Assembly (NCBI GenBank): GCA_051306355.1
Contig: JBPPNA010000287.1
Span: forward strand, 1 to 45,990
DNA: 45,990 bases
Direction of reading: 5' to 3'
DNA from: Acidimicrobiales bacterium
Lineage (GTDB): Bacteria; Actinomycetota; Acidimicrobiia; Acidimicrobiales; Salinilacustritrichaceae
Part shown: piece after piece, positions 1-8,540 of the stretch
How positions within the stretch are numbered: the first letter of the stretch is position 1
How the letters are laid out: the number at the start of each line of letters is the position of its first letter
Notes under the pieces: generated by a model
The model's database searches: none
Told to the model about the DNA's origin: nothing
The model's input: the letters and a program-made list of their open reading frames with translations, nothing else
Made by a program: the position numbers and the translations under genes

Positions 1-2
1 GC

Positions 3-1010
3 GACCGCGTGCTGGCCGACGCCGACGCCCAGGCACGTCGCGCGTCCGCCCCCACCGAGGCCCCCGCCGCCCCTGTCGTTCCGGCAGTCGAACCGGAGCA
101 TCGGCCCGAACCCGAGCCGGCGCAGGCCGTCCCGGACGAGGAACCCGAACAGGAATCCACGGATGGACCTGAGGAGGGTCCTGAGGAGGGACCTGCGGAG
201 GGAGACGACACCAGCGCGTTCGTTTCTACGCAGGTCCGCTGGCCGCCGGGCCCGCCTGTGCAGGGCTACCTGGCCGAGCACCGGCGCCGCCGACGGTTGT
301 GGATCGCGGCCGTGGTGCTCTTCGCCGCGCTCGTCCTGGGTGCGGGCGCGGTCTTCGTGACCACGAACCTCATCGACGACGCGTCCGGTGACGACGCACC
401 GGCAACGATCGCCTCTGACCTCGTCCCGCTGCCGCTCGACGTCCGCGGGCGCCCCCTCACCCAGGTGGCCGCCGAGCTGGATCGGTCCGGCCTGGAGGCC
501 GAGGTGGAGCGCGTCTTCGACGAGGATGTCCCTGCCGACGACGTCATCGCCCTCGGTGGCGTCCGATCGCCGCAGGTGCCCCGGGGCTCGACGATCGGTC
601 TCGTGGTGTCGAGGGGCCCCGAGCCCCGCATCGTCCCTCGCATCGAGGCCGGATCGGACATCGTCGACGCCGAGGCCGCCCTGGAGGAGCTTGGGCTGCG
701 GGTCGAGCGCGACTACGTCTTTCACGAGACCGCCCCCGCCGGCGCCGTGCTCGCCGTGTCCCACGACCCCGATACGAGGGTCGAGCGCGGTGCCACCGTC
801 ACCGTCACCGTCAGCAAGGGCCCCGACCTCGTGGTCGTGCCCGACGTCGTCGGCCGGCCGCTCGCGGAGGCGATCGCTGCGCTGGAGGCGGCCGGCGTCA
901 CCGTCGGCACGGTGCACGGCCCGAGCCAGGGCGTGGTCCTCGACCAGAACCCCGACGGCGGATCGAAGGCCCGACGGGGAGCATCGGTCAACCTGCGTCC
1001 CGCTCCCTGA
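3..1010 (+). CDS. PASTA-domain membrane protein, 5'-partial (probably the C-terminal part of a PknB-like Ser/Thr kinase)
   Basis: Frame is open to the window edge. Acidic/Pro linker, basic stop-transfer RRRRR, one TM helix (LWIAAVVLFAALVLGAGAVFV), then three PASTA-like repeats (e.g. VPDVVGRPLAEAIAALEAAG...VLDQNP). No kinase domain is visible in the window. Confidence 0.75.
   Translation, partial: DRVLADADAQARRASAPTEAPAAPVVPAVEPEHRPEPEPAQAVPDEEPEQESTDGPEEGPEEGPAEGDDTSAFVSTQVRWPPGPPVQGYLAEHRRRRRLWIAAVVLFAALVLGAGAVFVTTNLIDDASGDDAPATIASDLVPLPLDVRGRPLTQVAAELDRSGLEAEVERVFDEDVPADDVIALGGVRSPQVPRGSTIGLVVSRGPEPRIVPRIEAGSDIVDAEAALEELGLRVERDYVFHETAPAGAVLAVSHDPDTRVERGATVTVTVSKGPDLVVVPDVVGRPLAEAIAALEAAGVTVGTVHGPSQGVVLDQNPDGGSKARRGASVNLRPAP
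165..200 (+). repeat. 3 x 12-bp imperfect coding tandem repeat (GPEE GPEE GPAE)
   Basis: ggacctgaggag ggtcctgaggag ggacctgcggag. Confidence 0.8.
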
Positions 1011-1028
1011 CCCGCCCCGGCCCGCCAT

Positions 1029-1057
1029 TACCGGTCGGTACCGCAAGCTCCTACACT
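1029..1057 (+). promoter_or_regulatory. Palindromic operator candidate TACCG-GT-CGGTA plus -10 box TACACT upstream of the thiolase
   Basis: Palindrome at 1029-1040, TAnnnT at 1052-1057, SD-like GGGGGAG at 1082-1088. Confidence 0.35.
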
Positions 1058-1097
1058 CGGTCGCACCACATCGTCCGACCTGGGGGAGTAGCCCAAG

Positions 1098-2279
1098 ATG
1101 CCTGGTTCCGTGATCGTCACCGGTGCCCGTACGCCGATCGGCAAGCTGTCCGGGGCGTTCGCCTCGATGGCTGCCACCGACCTCGGTGGCGTCGCCATCA
1201 AGGGAGCGCTCGAGAAGGCCGGGATCAGCCCCGACCAGGTCGATTACGTGATCATGGGCCAGGTCGTCCAGGCCGGTGCCGGCCAGATCACCGCCCGCCA
1301 GGCTGCGTTCAACGCCGGGATCCCGATGGACGTGCCCGCCACCACCATCAACAAGGTGTGCCTCTCGGGCCTCAACGCCATCTTCCTCGCCGATCTCATG
1401 ATCCAGGCCGGAGCGGCCGACATCGTGGTCGCCGGCGGCATGGAGTCGATGACCAACGCGCCCTATCTGCTCCCCGGCGCCCGCTCGGGCTACCGCATCG
1501 GCGACCAGAAGGTCGTCGACTCGATGATGTACGACGGCCTGTGGTGCGCGTTCGACATGTGCGCCATGGGGGCGGGCACCGAGAAGTACGCCGCATCCGC
1601 CGGCCTCGAGCGCCAGCCCCAGGACGAGTTCTCGGCCGCAAGCCACGAGCGAGCCGCCAGGGCCATCAAGGACGGACTGTTCGCCGACGAGATCGTCGCC
1701 GTGCCGGTGCCCCAGCGCAAGGGCGACCCGGTCATGGTCGACACCGACGAGGGTGTCCGCGGCGACACCACCGCAGACTCGCTGGCCCAGCTCCGTCCGG
1801 CGTTCGACAAGGCCGGCAACATCACCGCCGGCAACGCCAGCCAGATCTCCGACGGCGCCTCGGCCACCATCATCATGTCGAAGGCCAAGGCCGACGAGCT
1901 CGGCGTCACCGGCCTCGGCGAGGTCGTGGGATACGGGCAGGTCGCCGGACCCGACCCGTCGCTGCTCACCCAGCCCAGCCGGGCGATCAAGGACGCCCTG
2001 GAGGGATCCGGCATCACCCAGGACCAGATCGGTCTCTACGAGCTCAACGAGGCCTTCGCCGCCGTCGGCCTGGCATCGATGGAAGACCTGGGGATCTCCG
2101 ACGACGTGGTCAACGTCAACGGCGGCGCCATCGCGCTCGGTCACCCGGTCGGCATGTCGGGGAACCGCCTCGCCCTCACCCTGCTGCACGAGATGAAGCG
2201 GCGCGGCGTCGAGCACGGCGCTGCCGCGCTGTGCGGCGGTGGCGGCCAGGGCGACGCGCTGCTCGTCCGGGCCCTCTAG
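1098..2279 (+). CDS. Acetyl-CoA C-acetyltransferase (thiolase)
   Basis: Thiolase motifs NKVCLSG (catalytic Cys), NEAFA, GGAIALGHPVGMSG, CGGGGQG. Confidence 0.95.
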   Translation: MPGSVIVTGARTPIGKLSGAFASMAATDLGGVAIKGALEKAGISPDQVDYVIMGQVVQAGAGQITARQAAFNAGIPMDVPATTINKVCLSGLNAIFLADLMIQAGAADIVVAGGMESMTNAPYLLPGARSGYRIGDQKVVDSMMYDGLWCAFDMCAMGAGTEKYAASAGLERQPQDEFSAASHERAARAIKDGLFADEIVAVPVPQRKGDPVMVDTDEGVRGDTTADSLAQLRPAFDKAGNITAGNASQISDGASATIIMSKAKADELGVTGLGEVVGYGQVAGPDPSLLTQPSRAIKDALEGSGITQDQIGLYELNEAFAAVGLASMEDLGISDDVVNVNGGAIALGHPVGMSGNRLALTLLHEMKRRGVEHGAAALCGGGGQGDALLVRAL

Positions 2280-2301
2280 GACCACTCGCCTCGCAGGAGG
2301 C

Positions 2302-2332
2302 TTGACACGCTCGGCGAGCTCGTTCATACCCT
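2302..2332 (+). promoter_or_regulatory. SigA-type promoter of topA: TTGACA-N19-TACCCT, probably leaderless
   Basis: TTGACA at 2302-2307, TACCCT at 2327-2332, GTG start 6 nt downstream, no SD at normal spacing. Confidence 0.55.
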
Positions 2333-2338
2333 GCTCGC

Positions 2339-5044
2339 GTGTCCACCTCAGGAAAGTCGCGGCCGCTCGTCATCGTCGAGTCACCCGCCAAGGCCAAGAC
2401 GATCAGTCAGTTCCTCGGGGACGACTATGTCGTGGAGGCCTCGGTCGGGCACGTGCGCGACCTGCCGTCGAAGGGCTTGTCGATCGACGTCGACTCCGAC
2501 TTCAAGACGGAGTGGGAGATCAATCCCGACAAGCGCGACGTCATCAAACGCCTGAAGGCGCTGCTCGCCGACGCCGACGAGCTCTACCTCGCCACGGATG
2601 AGGACCGCGAGGGCGAGGCCATCGCCTGGCATCTCCAAGAGGTCCTCAAGCCGAAGGTTCCCGTGAAGCGGATGGTGTTCCACGAGATCACCCGCTCGGC
2701 GATCGAGCACGCGGTCGAGAACTCGCGCGACATCGACTACAAGCGTGTCGACGCCCAGGAGACACGTCGCATCGTCGACCGCCTGTACGGCTACCCCGTC
2801 AGCCAGATCATGTGGCGCAAGGTGAACCGAGGCCTCTCCGCCGGGCGGGTCCAGAGCCCCGCCGTGCGCCTCGTCGTCGAGCGCGAGCGGGACCGCATCG
2901 CATTCGTCGCCGCCGACTACTGGGACCTCACCGCAGCGTTCCCGACCGTCCCGGACTTCACCGCGAAGCTCCACGCCCTCGATGGCCAGCGCATCGCCAG
3001 CGGGCGCGACTTCGGCCAGGACGGAGGGGTCACCCGCGCCGATGTCGCCGTGGTCGACGAGGCCACGGCCAATGATCTGCGAGCTCGCCTCGACGGGCAG
3101 CCGTACACGGTCCGGTCCGTCGAGGAGAAGCCCTGGAGGAGTCGGCCGAAGCCGCCGTTCATGACCTCGACGCTCCAGCAGGAGGGTGGTCGCAAGCTCC
3201 GCATGTCGGCCAGCCAGGTCATGCGGATCGCCCAGGGCCTCTACGAGAAGGGCTACATCACCTACATGCGTACCGACAGCACGACGCTGTCGCAGACCGC
3301 GATCGATGCCGCCCGCGCCCAGGTGCGCGAGCTCTACGGCGACGAGTACGTCCCCTCCGAGCCCCGGACGTACGCCGGCAAGTCGAAGAACGCGCAGGAG
3401 GCTCACGAGGCCGTTCGCCCGTCCGGCGAGAGCTTCCGCACGCCCGACGAACTGAAGGTCGAGCTGCGAAAGGACGAGCTCGCGCTCTACGACCTGATCT
3501 GGAAGCGCACCGTCGCCTCGCAGATGGAGGACGCGGTGGGCCACACCGTGAGCATCCGCATCGTTGCCGACGCGCCGCGACAGGACAACGCATCGGGCGC
3601 GCGCCGCGGCGACGCGACCGAGTGCACGTTCGGCGCCTCCGGGCGCATCATCACGTTCCCCGGTCACATGCGGGTGTACGTGGAGAGCGAGGACGACAAG
3701 TCCGACGAGGACGAGGACCGTGTGCTGCCGCCCCTCGCGGAGGGCGATTCGCTCCCGGATCCGGACCTCACCGCCGACGGGCACACCACCAGTCCACCGG
3801 CTCGCTACACCGAGGCGTCCCTGGTGAAGCGCATGGAGGAACTCGGCATCGGCCGCCCGTCGACCTATGCGTCGATCATGGGCACGATCCAGGACCGAGG
3901 GTACGTCTTCAAGAAGGGCACCGCGCTCGTGCCGACCTGGACTGCCTTCGCCGTGATCAACGTCCTCGAGCGGCAGTTCGGCGAATACGTCGACTACGAG
4001 TTCACCGCCAAGATGGAGGACGACCTCGATCTCATCGCCGTCGGCCAGGAGGAGCGGGTGCCGTGGCTGCACCGTTTCTGGTTCGGCGACGACGCCGACT
4101 CGGTCCAGGGTCCGAGGAAGGGGCTCAGCATCACCGTCGAGGAGGCGCTCGAGAAGGTCGACGCCGCCGAGGTCAACACCTTCCCGCTCGGCATGGACGA
4201 GAACGGCGAGATGGTGGTGGCCAAACCCGGCCGCTACGGCCCATACGTCAAGCGCGGCGACGACGACACCGCATCGATCCCCGAGGGCCTGCCCCCGGAC
4301 GAGCTCACCCTCGAGAAGGCCCTGCAGCTGCTCGCTGCGCCGAAGGGCGACGTGCCGATCGGCGAGGATCCCGAGTCCGGTCTCCCGGTGTACGTCAAGA
4401 CGGGCCGCTACGGGCCGTACGCGCAGCTCGGCGACGCCGACACCCTCCCCGAGGACACCAAGCCGAAGATGGAGTCCCTCTTCGAGGGCATGGTCCCCGA
4501 GGACGTGACCCTGGAGGGTGCGCTCCGGCTCCTGTCCCTGCCGCGGGTGGTGGGAACCGACGAGGAGACCGGCCTGCCCGTCCTGGCCCGCAACGGTCGC
4601 TACGGCCCGTACGTCTCGAAGGGCGACGACAAGGGAGCGGACTCCCGGAGCCTCGAGTCCGAGGAGCAGCTCTTCACCGTCACGATGGAACGGGCGAAGG
4701 AGCTGTTCGAGGAGCCCAAGCGACGGCGGGGCCAGGCTGCTCCGAAGCCGCCGCTGCGGGAGCTGGGCAAGGACCTGGTCAGCGAGCAGCCCGTGGTGGT
4801 CAAGGACGGCCGCTTCGGTCCCTACGTCACCGACGGCGAGACCAACGCGAGCCTGCGCAAGGGAGACCTGGTCGAGGAGATCACCATCGAGCGCGCGTCG
4901 GAGCTGCTCCAGATCCGCCGGGAGACCGCGCCCAAGAAGAAGCCGGCGGCGAAGAAAGCCGCCAAGAAGAAGACCGCGACCCGCAAGACAGCCAAGAAGT
5001 CGGCGGCGAAGAAGCGGGCGTCGTCGAAGAAGAAGAGCACCTGA
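2339..5044 (+). CDS. topA: DNA topoisomerase I (type IA), actinobacterial form with C-terminal repeats and Lys-rich tail
   Basis: LVIVESPAKAKTI, ATDEDREGEAIAWH, SAGRVQS, GYITYMRTDS (catalytic Tyr), repeated GRYGPYV motifs, KKAAKKK tail. Confidence 0.98.
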   Translation: MSTSGKSRPLVIVESPAKAKTISQFLGDDYVVEASVGHVRDLPSKGLSIDVDSDFKTEWEINPDKRDVIKRLKALLADADELYLATDEDREGEAIAWHLQEVLKPKVPVKRMVFHEITRSAIEHAVENSRDIDYKRVDAQETRRIVDRLYGYPVSQIMWRKVNRGLSAGRVQSPAVRLVVERERDRIAFVAADYWDLTAAFPTVPDFTAKLHALDGQRIASGRDFGQDGGVTRADVAVVDEATANDLRARLDGQPYTVRSVEEKPWRSRPKPPFMTSTLQQEGGRKLRMSASQVMRIAQGLYEKGYITYMRTDSTTLSQTAIDAARAQVRELYGDEYVPSEPRTYAGKSKNAQEAHEAVRPSGESFRTPDELKVELRKDELALYDLIWKRTVASQMEDAVGHTVSIRIVADAPRQDNASGARRGDATECTFGASGRIITFPGHMRVYVESEDDKSDEDEDRVLPPLAEGDSLPDPDLTADGHTTSPPARYTEASLVKRMEELGIGRPSTYASIMGTIQDRGYVFKKGTALVPTWTAFAVINVLERQFGEYVDYEFTAKMEDDLDLIAVGQEERVPWLHRFWFGDDADSVQGPRKGLSITVEEALEKVDAAEVNTFPLGMDENGEMVVAKPGRYGPYVKRGDDDTASIPEGLPPDELTLEKALQLLAAPKGDVPIGEDPESGLPVYVKTGRYGPYAQLGDADTLPEDTKPKMESLFEGMVPEDVTLEGALRLLSLPRVVGTDEETGLPVLARNGRYGPYVSKGDDKGADSRSLESEEQLFTVTMERAKELFEEPKRRRGQAAPKPPLRELGKDLVSEQPVVVKDGRFGPYVTDGETNASLRKGDLVEEITIERASELLQIRRETAPKKKPAAKKAAKKKTATRKTAKKSAAKKRASSKKKST

Positions 5045-5084
5045 TCGACCGCGAGCGGCCCGTCAGTCCCTAACGTCGCGGGCG

Positions 5085-6557
5085 ATGGCGGAGTCCAGCG
5101 ACCTGCGACCGGTGCCGGTCGATTCCGAGCCGGCGGCACTCGACCCCACGGCGCCGATGTCGTCGGTGGCCGATCCGCAGGAACCGCTGCGCATGCACGT
5201 CCGGTTGTTCGGGTCGACGGCGTTCTTCCGGCTGTGGCTCACCCAGGTGGTGTCGGCGACGGGGGACTGGCTCGGCTTCCTCGCCATCGCCGCACTCGCC
5301 ACGCGGCTCAGCGATCGTCCCGAGGCGGCCGTGGGCCTCGTCATGTCGGCTCGGATCGTCCCGGGGTTCTTCCTCGGCCCCGCGGCGGGCGTCTTCGCCG
5401 ACCGGTTCGACCGCAAGCGGCTCATGGTGGCCTGCGACGTGGGTCGCGCCCTCGTGCTGGCGTCCCTGCCGTTCGTGGACACGATCCCGGGTCTCATCGT
5501 GGCGTCCCTGGTGCTCGAGGTCTTCACCCTCCTGTGGGCACCGGCCAAGGAGGCGTCCGTGCCGCACCTGGTGCCCTCGGATCACCTCACCACCGCCAAT
5601 TCCCTCTCGTTGGTGGCTGCGTACGGGACGATCCCCGTGGCGGCCGGTCTCTTCACCCTCCTGGCCAAGATCTCCGACGCCCTCGGCGACTACGAGCTGT
5701 TCACCGTGGTGCGCGGCACCCAGGAGGGCTTGGCCTTCTACTTCGATGCCGTCACCTTCGCCCTCTCCGCGCTGATGATCTGGTCGTTGCCTCTTCCCCG
5801 TCGCCGCAGGCAAGACCGGACGGGCGGACGCCGGCGCATCGAGTTCGGGTCCGCCCTCCGTGACCTGCAGGAGGGTTGGCAGTTCGTCTTCCTCAACCCG
5901 GTGGTTCGTTCGGTGAACCTCGGCCTCGCCACCGGTCTGATCGGTGGCGGCATGCTGGTCCCGCTCGGTCCGGTCTTCGCCGAGGAGGTGCTGGGATCGA
6001 GGGACCAGTCCGGCTTCGGGATCCTCATCTTCTCGCTCGGCCTCGGGGTGGCGGGCGGGGTGCTCGGCGTCTCCGTGTTCCAGCGGCGCCTGGCCAAGGA
6101 ATGGGTGTTCGTCGGCGCCGTCTTCGTCGCCGGCGTGTCGTTGTTCAGCGCTGCGTCGATGTCCGCGCTGCCCGCGGCCGGCGGGTTCGTCTTCCTGCTC
6201 GGCGTCTGCGCGGGCACGGTCTACGTCCTGGGGTTCACGCTGTTGCACCAGCACGTGCAGGACGAGCTGCGGGGCCGGATCTTCTCCGCGCTCTACACGC
6301 TCGTGCGGCTCTGTGTCCTGATCTCGTTCGCGGTCGGCCCGTTCCTGTCCGAGCTGCTCGGTGAGCTGTCCCGGGGTGTCTTCGATGACGGCCACGTCGA
6401 GCTGGCCGGCGCCGCGATCGCCGTCCCGGGGGTGCGCCTGACCCTGTGGCTCGCCGCCCTGATCATCCTGGTGGCCGGTGGGATCGCCGCCACGTCGATG
6501 CGCGACGCAGCCCGCAAAGAACTCGTACACCGACCCGCGGCATCGGAGCTGCCGTGA
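5085..6557 (+). CDS. MFS transporter (tmk-associated)
   Basis: About 12 hydrophobic segments, MFS motif GVFADRFDRKRLM. Start reassigned to ATG 5085 after the topA stop; its stop overlaps the tmk ATG (TGATG). Confidence 0.88.
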   Translation: MAESSDLRPVPVDSEPAALDPTAPMSSVADPQEPLRMHVRLFGSTAFFRLWLTQVVSATGDWLGFLAIAALATRLSDRPEAAVGLVMSARIVPGFFLGPAAGVFADRFDRKRLMVACDVGRALVLASLPFVDTIPGLIVASLVLEVFTLLWAPAKEASVPHLVPSDHLTTANSLSLVAAYGTIPVAAGLFTLLAKISDALGDYELFTVVRGTQEGLAFYFDAVTFALSALMIWSLPLPRRRRQDRTGGRRRIEFGSALRDLQEGWQFVFLNPVVRSVNLGLATGLIGGGMLVPLGPVFAEEVLGSRDQSGFGILIFSLGLGVAGGVLGVSVFQRRLAKEWVFVGAVFVAGVSLFSAASMSALPAAGGFVFLLGVCAGTVYVLGFTLLHQHVQDELRGRIFSALYTLVRLCVLISFAVGPFLSELLGELSRGVFDDGHVELAGAAIAVPGVRLTLWLAALIILVAGGIAATSMRDAARKELVHRPAASELP

Positions 6558-7177
6558 TGGGCCGCTTCATCGCCTTCGAGGGCGGCGAGGCCGCCGGCAA
6601 GTCGACCCAGGCATCTCGCCTCGTCGGTCGCATCGACGCCATCCAGACCAGGGAGCCCGGCGGGACGGCCGCCGGCGCCGCGATCCGTGAGCTGTTCCTC
6701 GCCCCCTCCACCGGCGACCTCGATCCCAGGACCGAAGCGCTGCTCATGGCCGCCGACCGCGCCCAGCACGTGGCTGCGGTGATCCGGCCCGCGCTCGACG
6801 CCGGCCGCCACGTGGTCACCGATCGCTACCTGTACTCGTCCGTCGCCTACCAGGCCCATGCCCGCGGTCTGGAACCCGTCGAGGTGCGCGACCTCTCGTT
6901 GTGGGCGACGAGGGGGCTCGAACCGGACCTGGTCGTGTTCCTCGACGTCCCGGTCGACGTGGCCAGGGACCGGGTGCGCGACGTGGCTCCCGACCGGGTC
7001 GAGTCGGAGGAGACATCGTTCCACGAACGCGTGCGGGACGGCTTCCACGCCCAGGCCGCCGCCGACGCTCGACGGTGGGCCATCGTGGACGCCACTGGCG
7101 ACCCGGCCGCCGTGTGGGACTCGGTGTGGGCATGCGTGCGCGATCGCCTGCCCGACCTGGGCAAGATGGGGGAGTGA
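6557..7177 (+). CDS. tmk: Thymidylate (dTMP) kinase
   Basis: FIAFEGGEAAGKSTQ P-loop, TREPGGT, ADRAQH, DRYLYSSVAYQ. Confidence 0.96.
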   Translation: MGRFIAFEGGEAAGKSTQASRLVGRIDAIQTREPGGTAAGAAIRELFLAPSTGDLDPRTEALLMAADRAQHVAAVIRPALDAGRHVVTDRYLYSSVAYQAHARGLEPVEVRDLSLWATRGLEPDLVVFLDVPVDVARDRVRDVAPDRVESEETSFHERVRDGFHAQAAADARRWAIVDATGDPAAVWDSVWACVRDRLPDLGKMGE

Positions 7178-8253
7178 CCGCCCTCGAGCCCGCCTCGATC
7201 ATCGACCGACCCGACGCCTGGGACCGGGTCGTCGGTCAGGACGACGCCGTCGCCCAGCTCAAGGCCGCTGCGGTCAAGCCGGTGCACGCCTACCTGCTCG
7301 TCGGACCGAGCGGATCGGGCAAGCGAGCTGCGGCGACCGCCTTTGCCGGCGTGCTGCTCGCACTCGATGCCGCCGAGCGGGGTGCCGATCCGGATCGGGC
7401 CCTCGCCCTCGCCCGCGACGAGGCGCACCCCGACCTGGCCATCTTCGAACCCGAAGGCGCTTCGCTGCGGGTCGGCGACGCCGAGGCGATCACGAAGGCC
7501 GCCAGCCGCAGCCCGGTCGAGGGCCGGCGAAAGGTGCTGGTGCTCACCGAGTTCGAGAAGGTGGCCCAAGCTGGACCCGCCCTGCTCAAGACGATCGAGG
7601 AGCCGCCGCCGTCCACCGTGTTCGTCGTGCTGGCCGAAGAGGTGCCGCCCGAGCTCGTGCCCATCGCCAGCCGAACGGCCCGCATCGATCTCGGGCCCGT
7701 GCCGGAGACCGCCCTGGTCGAACGGCTCGTGGGTGATGGCACGCCTTCCGACCTCGCGGCCGCCGCCGCGGCCGCGGCCGGCGGCGACCTGGCGCGCGCC
7801 CGACTGCTCGTCGGCGACCGTTCGCTCGGCGTCCGTCGGGACGCGTGGGCATCCATCCCCATGCGCGTCGACGGCACCGGCCACACGGCGACATCGCTGG
7901 TCGACGAGGTGGTCGCGCACATCGATGCGGCCCAGGAGCCGCTCGACGAACGCCACGCAGTCGAGCGCGACGAGCTGGTGGTCCAGATCGAGACGTACGG
8001 GCAGCCGAAGTCGCTGTTGAAGGAACTCGAGACGCGACACAAGCGGTCGGTCCGGCGCCACCGCACCGCCGAGCTGCGCTTCGGCCTGGCGACGATGGCA
8101 GCCACCTATCGCGATCGGCTGGCCACGGCGCCCGACCCCAGGCCGCACCTCGCCGCCCTCGACGCCATCCAGGAAGCGGCCGAGGCATGGGTGCGCAACC
8201 CCAACGAGCTCCTCCTCCTGCAGGCGCTGGTGGTCGGACTCGATCCCGTCTGA
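7174..8253 (+). CDS. holB: DNA polymerase III subunit delta' (cysteine-free variant)
   Basis: VVGQ, HAYLLVGPSGSGK, HPD, ALLKTIEEPP; follows tmk with a GTGA overlap. Confidence 0.88.
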   Translation: MTALEPASIIDRPDAWDRVVGQDDAVAQLKAAAVKPVHAYLLVGPSGSGKRAAATAFAGVLLALDAAERGADPDRALALARDEAHPDLAIFEPEGASLRVGDAEAITKAASRSPVEGRRKVLVLTEFEKVAQAGPALLKTIEEPPPSTVFVVLAEEVPPELVPIASRTARIDLGPVPETALVERLVGDGTPSDLAAAAAAAAGGDLARARLLVGDRSLGVRRDAWASIPMRVDGTGHTATSLVDEVVAHIDAAQEPLDERHAVERDELVVQIETYGQPKSLLKELETRHKRSVRRHRTAELRFGLATMAATYRDRLATAPDPRPHLAALDAIQEAAEAWVRNPNELLLLQALVVGLDPV

Positions 8254-8351
8254 AGCACCGGGTTGCCGGCAACGACGGCGATGTCGCTCGGGGCGACCCG
8301 GAACGCTCGGATCTGGGGATCGCAGGGCGTCGCGCTACGCTCGCCCGACGT

Positions 8352-8370
8352 CGAATGCGATGCATTCGTC
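8352..8370. repeat. Palindrome CGAATGC-N3-GCATTCG(TC), copy 1
   Basis: cgaatgc gat gcattcgtc; identical arms recur at 22143-22161. Confidence 0.6.
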
Positions 8371-8410
8371 GACGAAACCGAGGTCGCTCCGCGGCCGATG
8401 GGTTCGCCTC

Positions 8411-8486
8411 GCCCGAATAGCTCAGTCGGCAGAGCGACGCTCTCGTAAAGCGTAGGTCGTGGGTTCAATTCCCACTTCGGGCTCCA
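8411..8486 (+). tRNA. tRNA-Thr (anticodon CGT)
   Basis: Acceptor stem GCCCGAA/TTCGGGC, D-arm GCTC/GAGC, anticodon arm ACGCT-CT CGT AA-AGCGT, T-arm GTGGG-TTCAATT-CCCAC, encoded CCA; 76 nt. Confidence 0.97.
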
Positions 8487-8511
8487 CTCCAGGACCACAC
8501 CCCGATCCGTC

Positions 8512-8538
8512 GGGAACCAGATCAGCAGCGCGAGCGTC
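8512..8538 (+). promoter_or_regulatory. ECF-sigma-type promoter candidate GGGAAC-N17-CGTC
   Basis: GGGAAC at 8512-8517 and CGTC at 8535-8538, just upstream of ATG 8541/8547. Confidence 0.45.
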
Positions 8539-8540
8539 AG

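Noticed and set aside
4930-5044. Lys-rich TopA tail as a novelty
   Set aside because: It is an established feature of actinobacterial topoisomerase I.
4518-5084. Long N-terminal extensions given in the ORF track (MFS, holB, lysS, clpC, ispF, rlmB, DUF4032 and others)
   Set aside because: They overlap neighbouring genes in other frames; downstream starts fit homology, stop-start overlaps and promoter spacing better.
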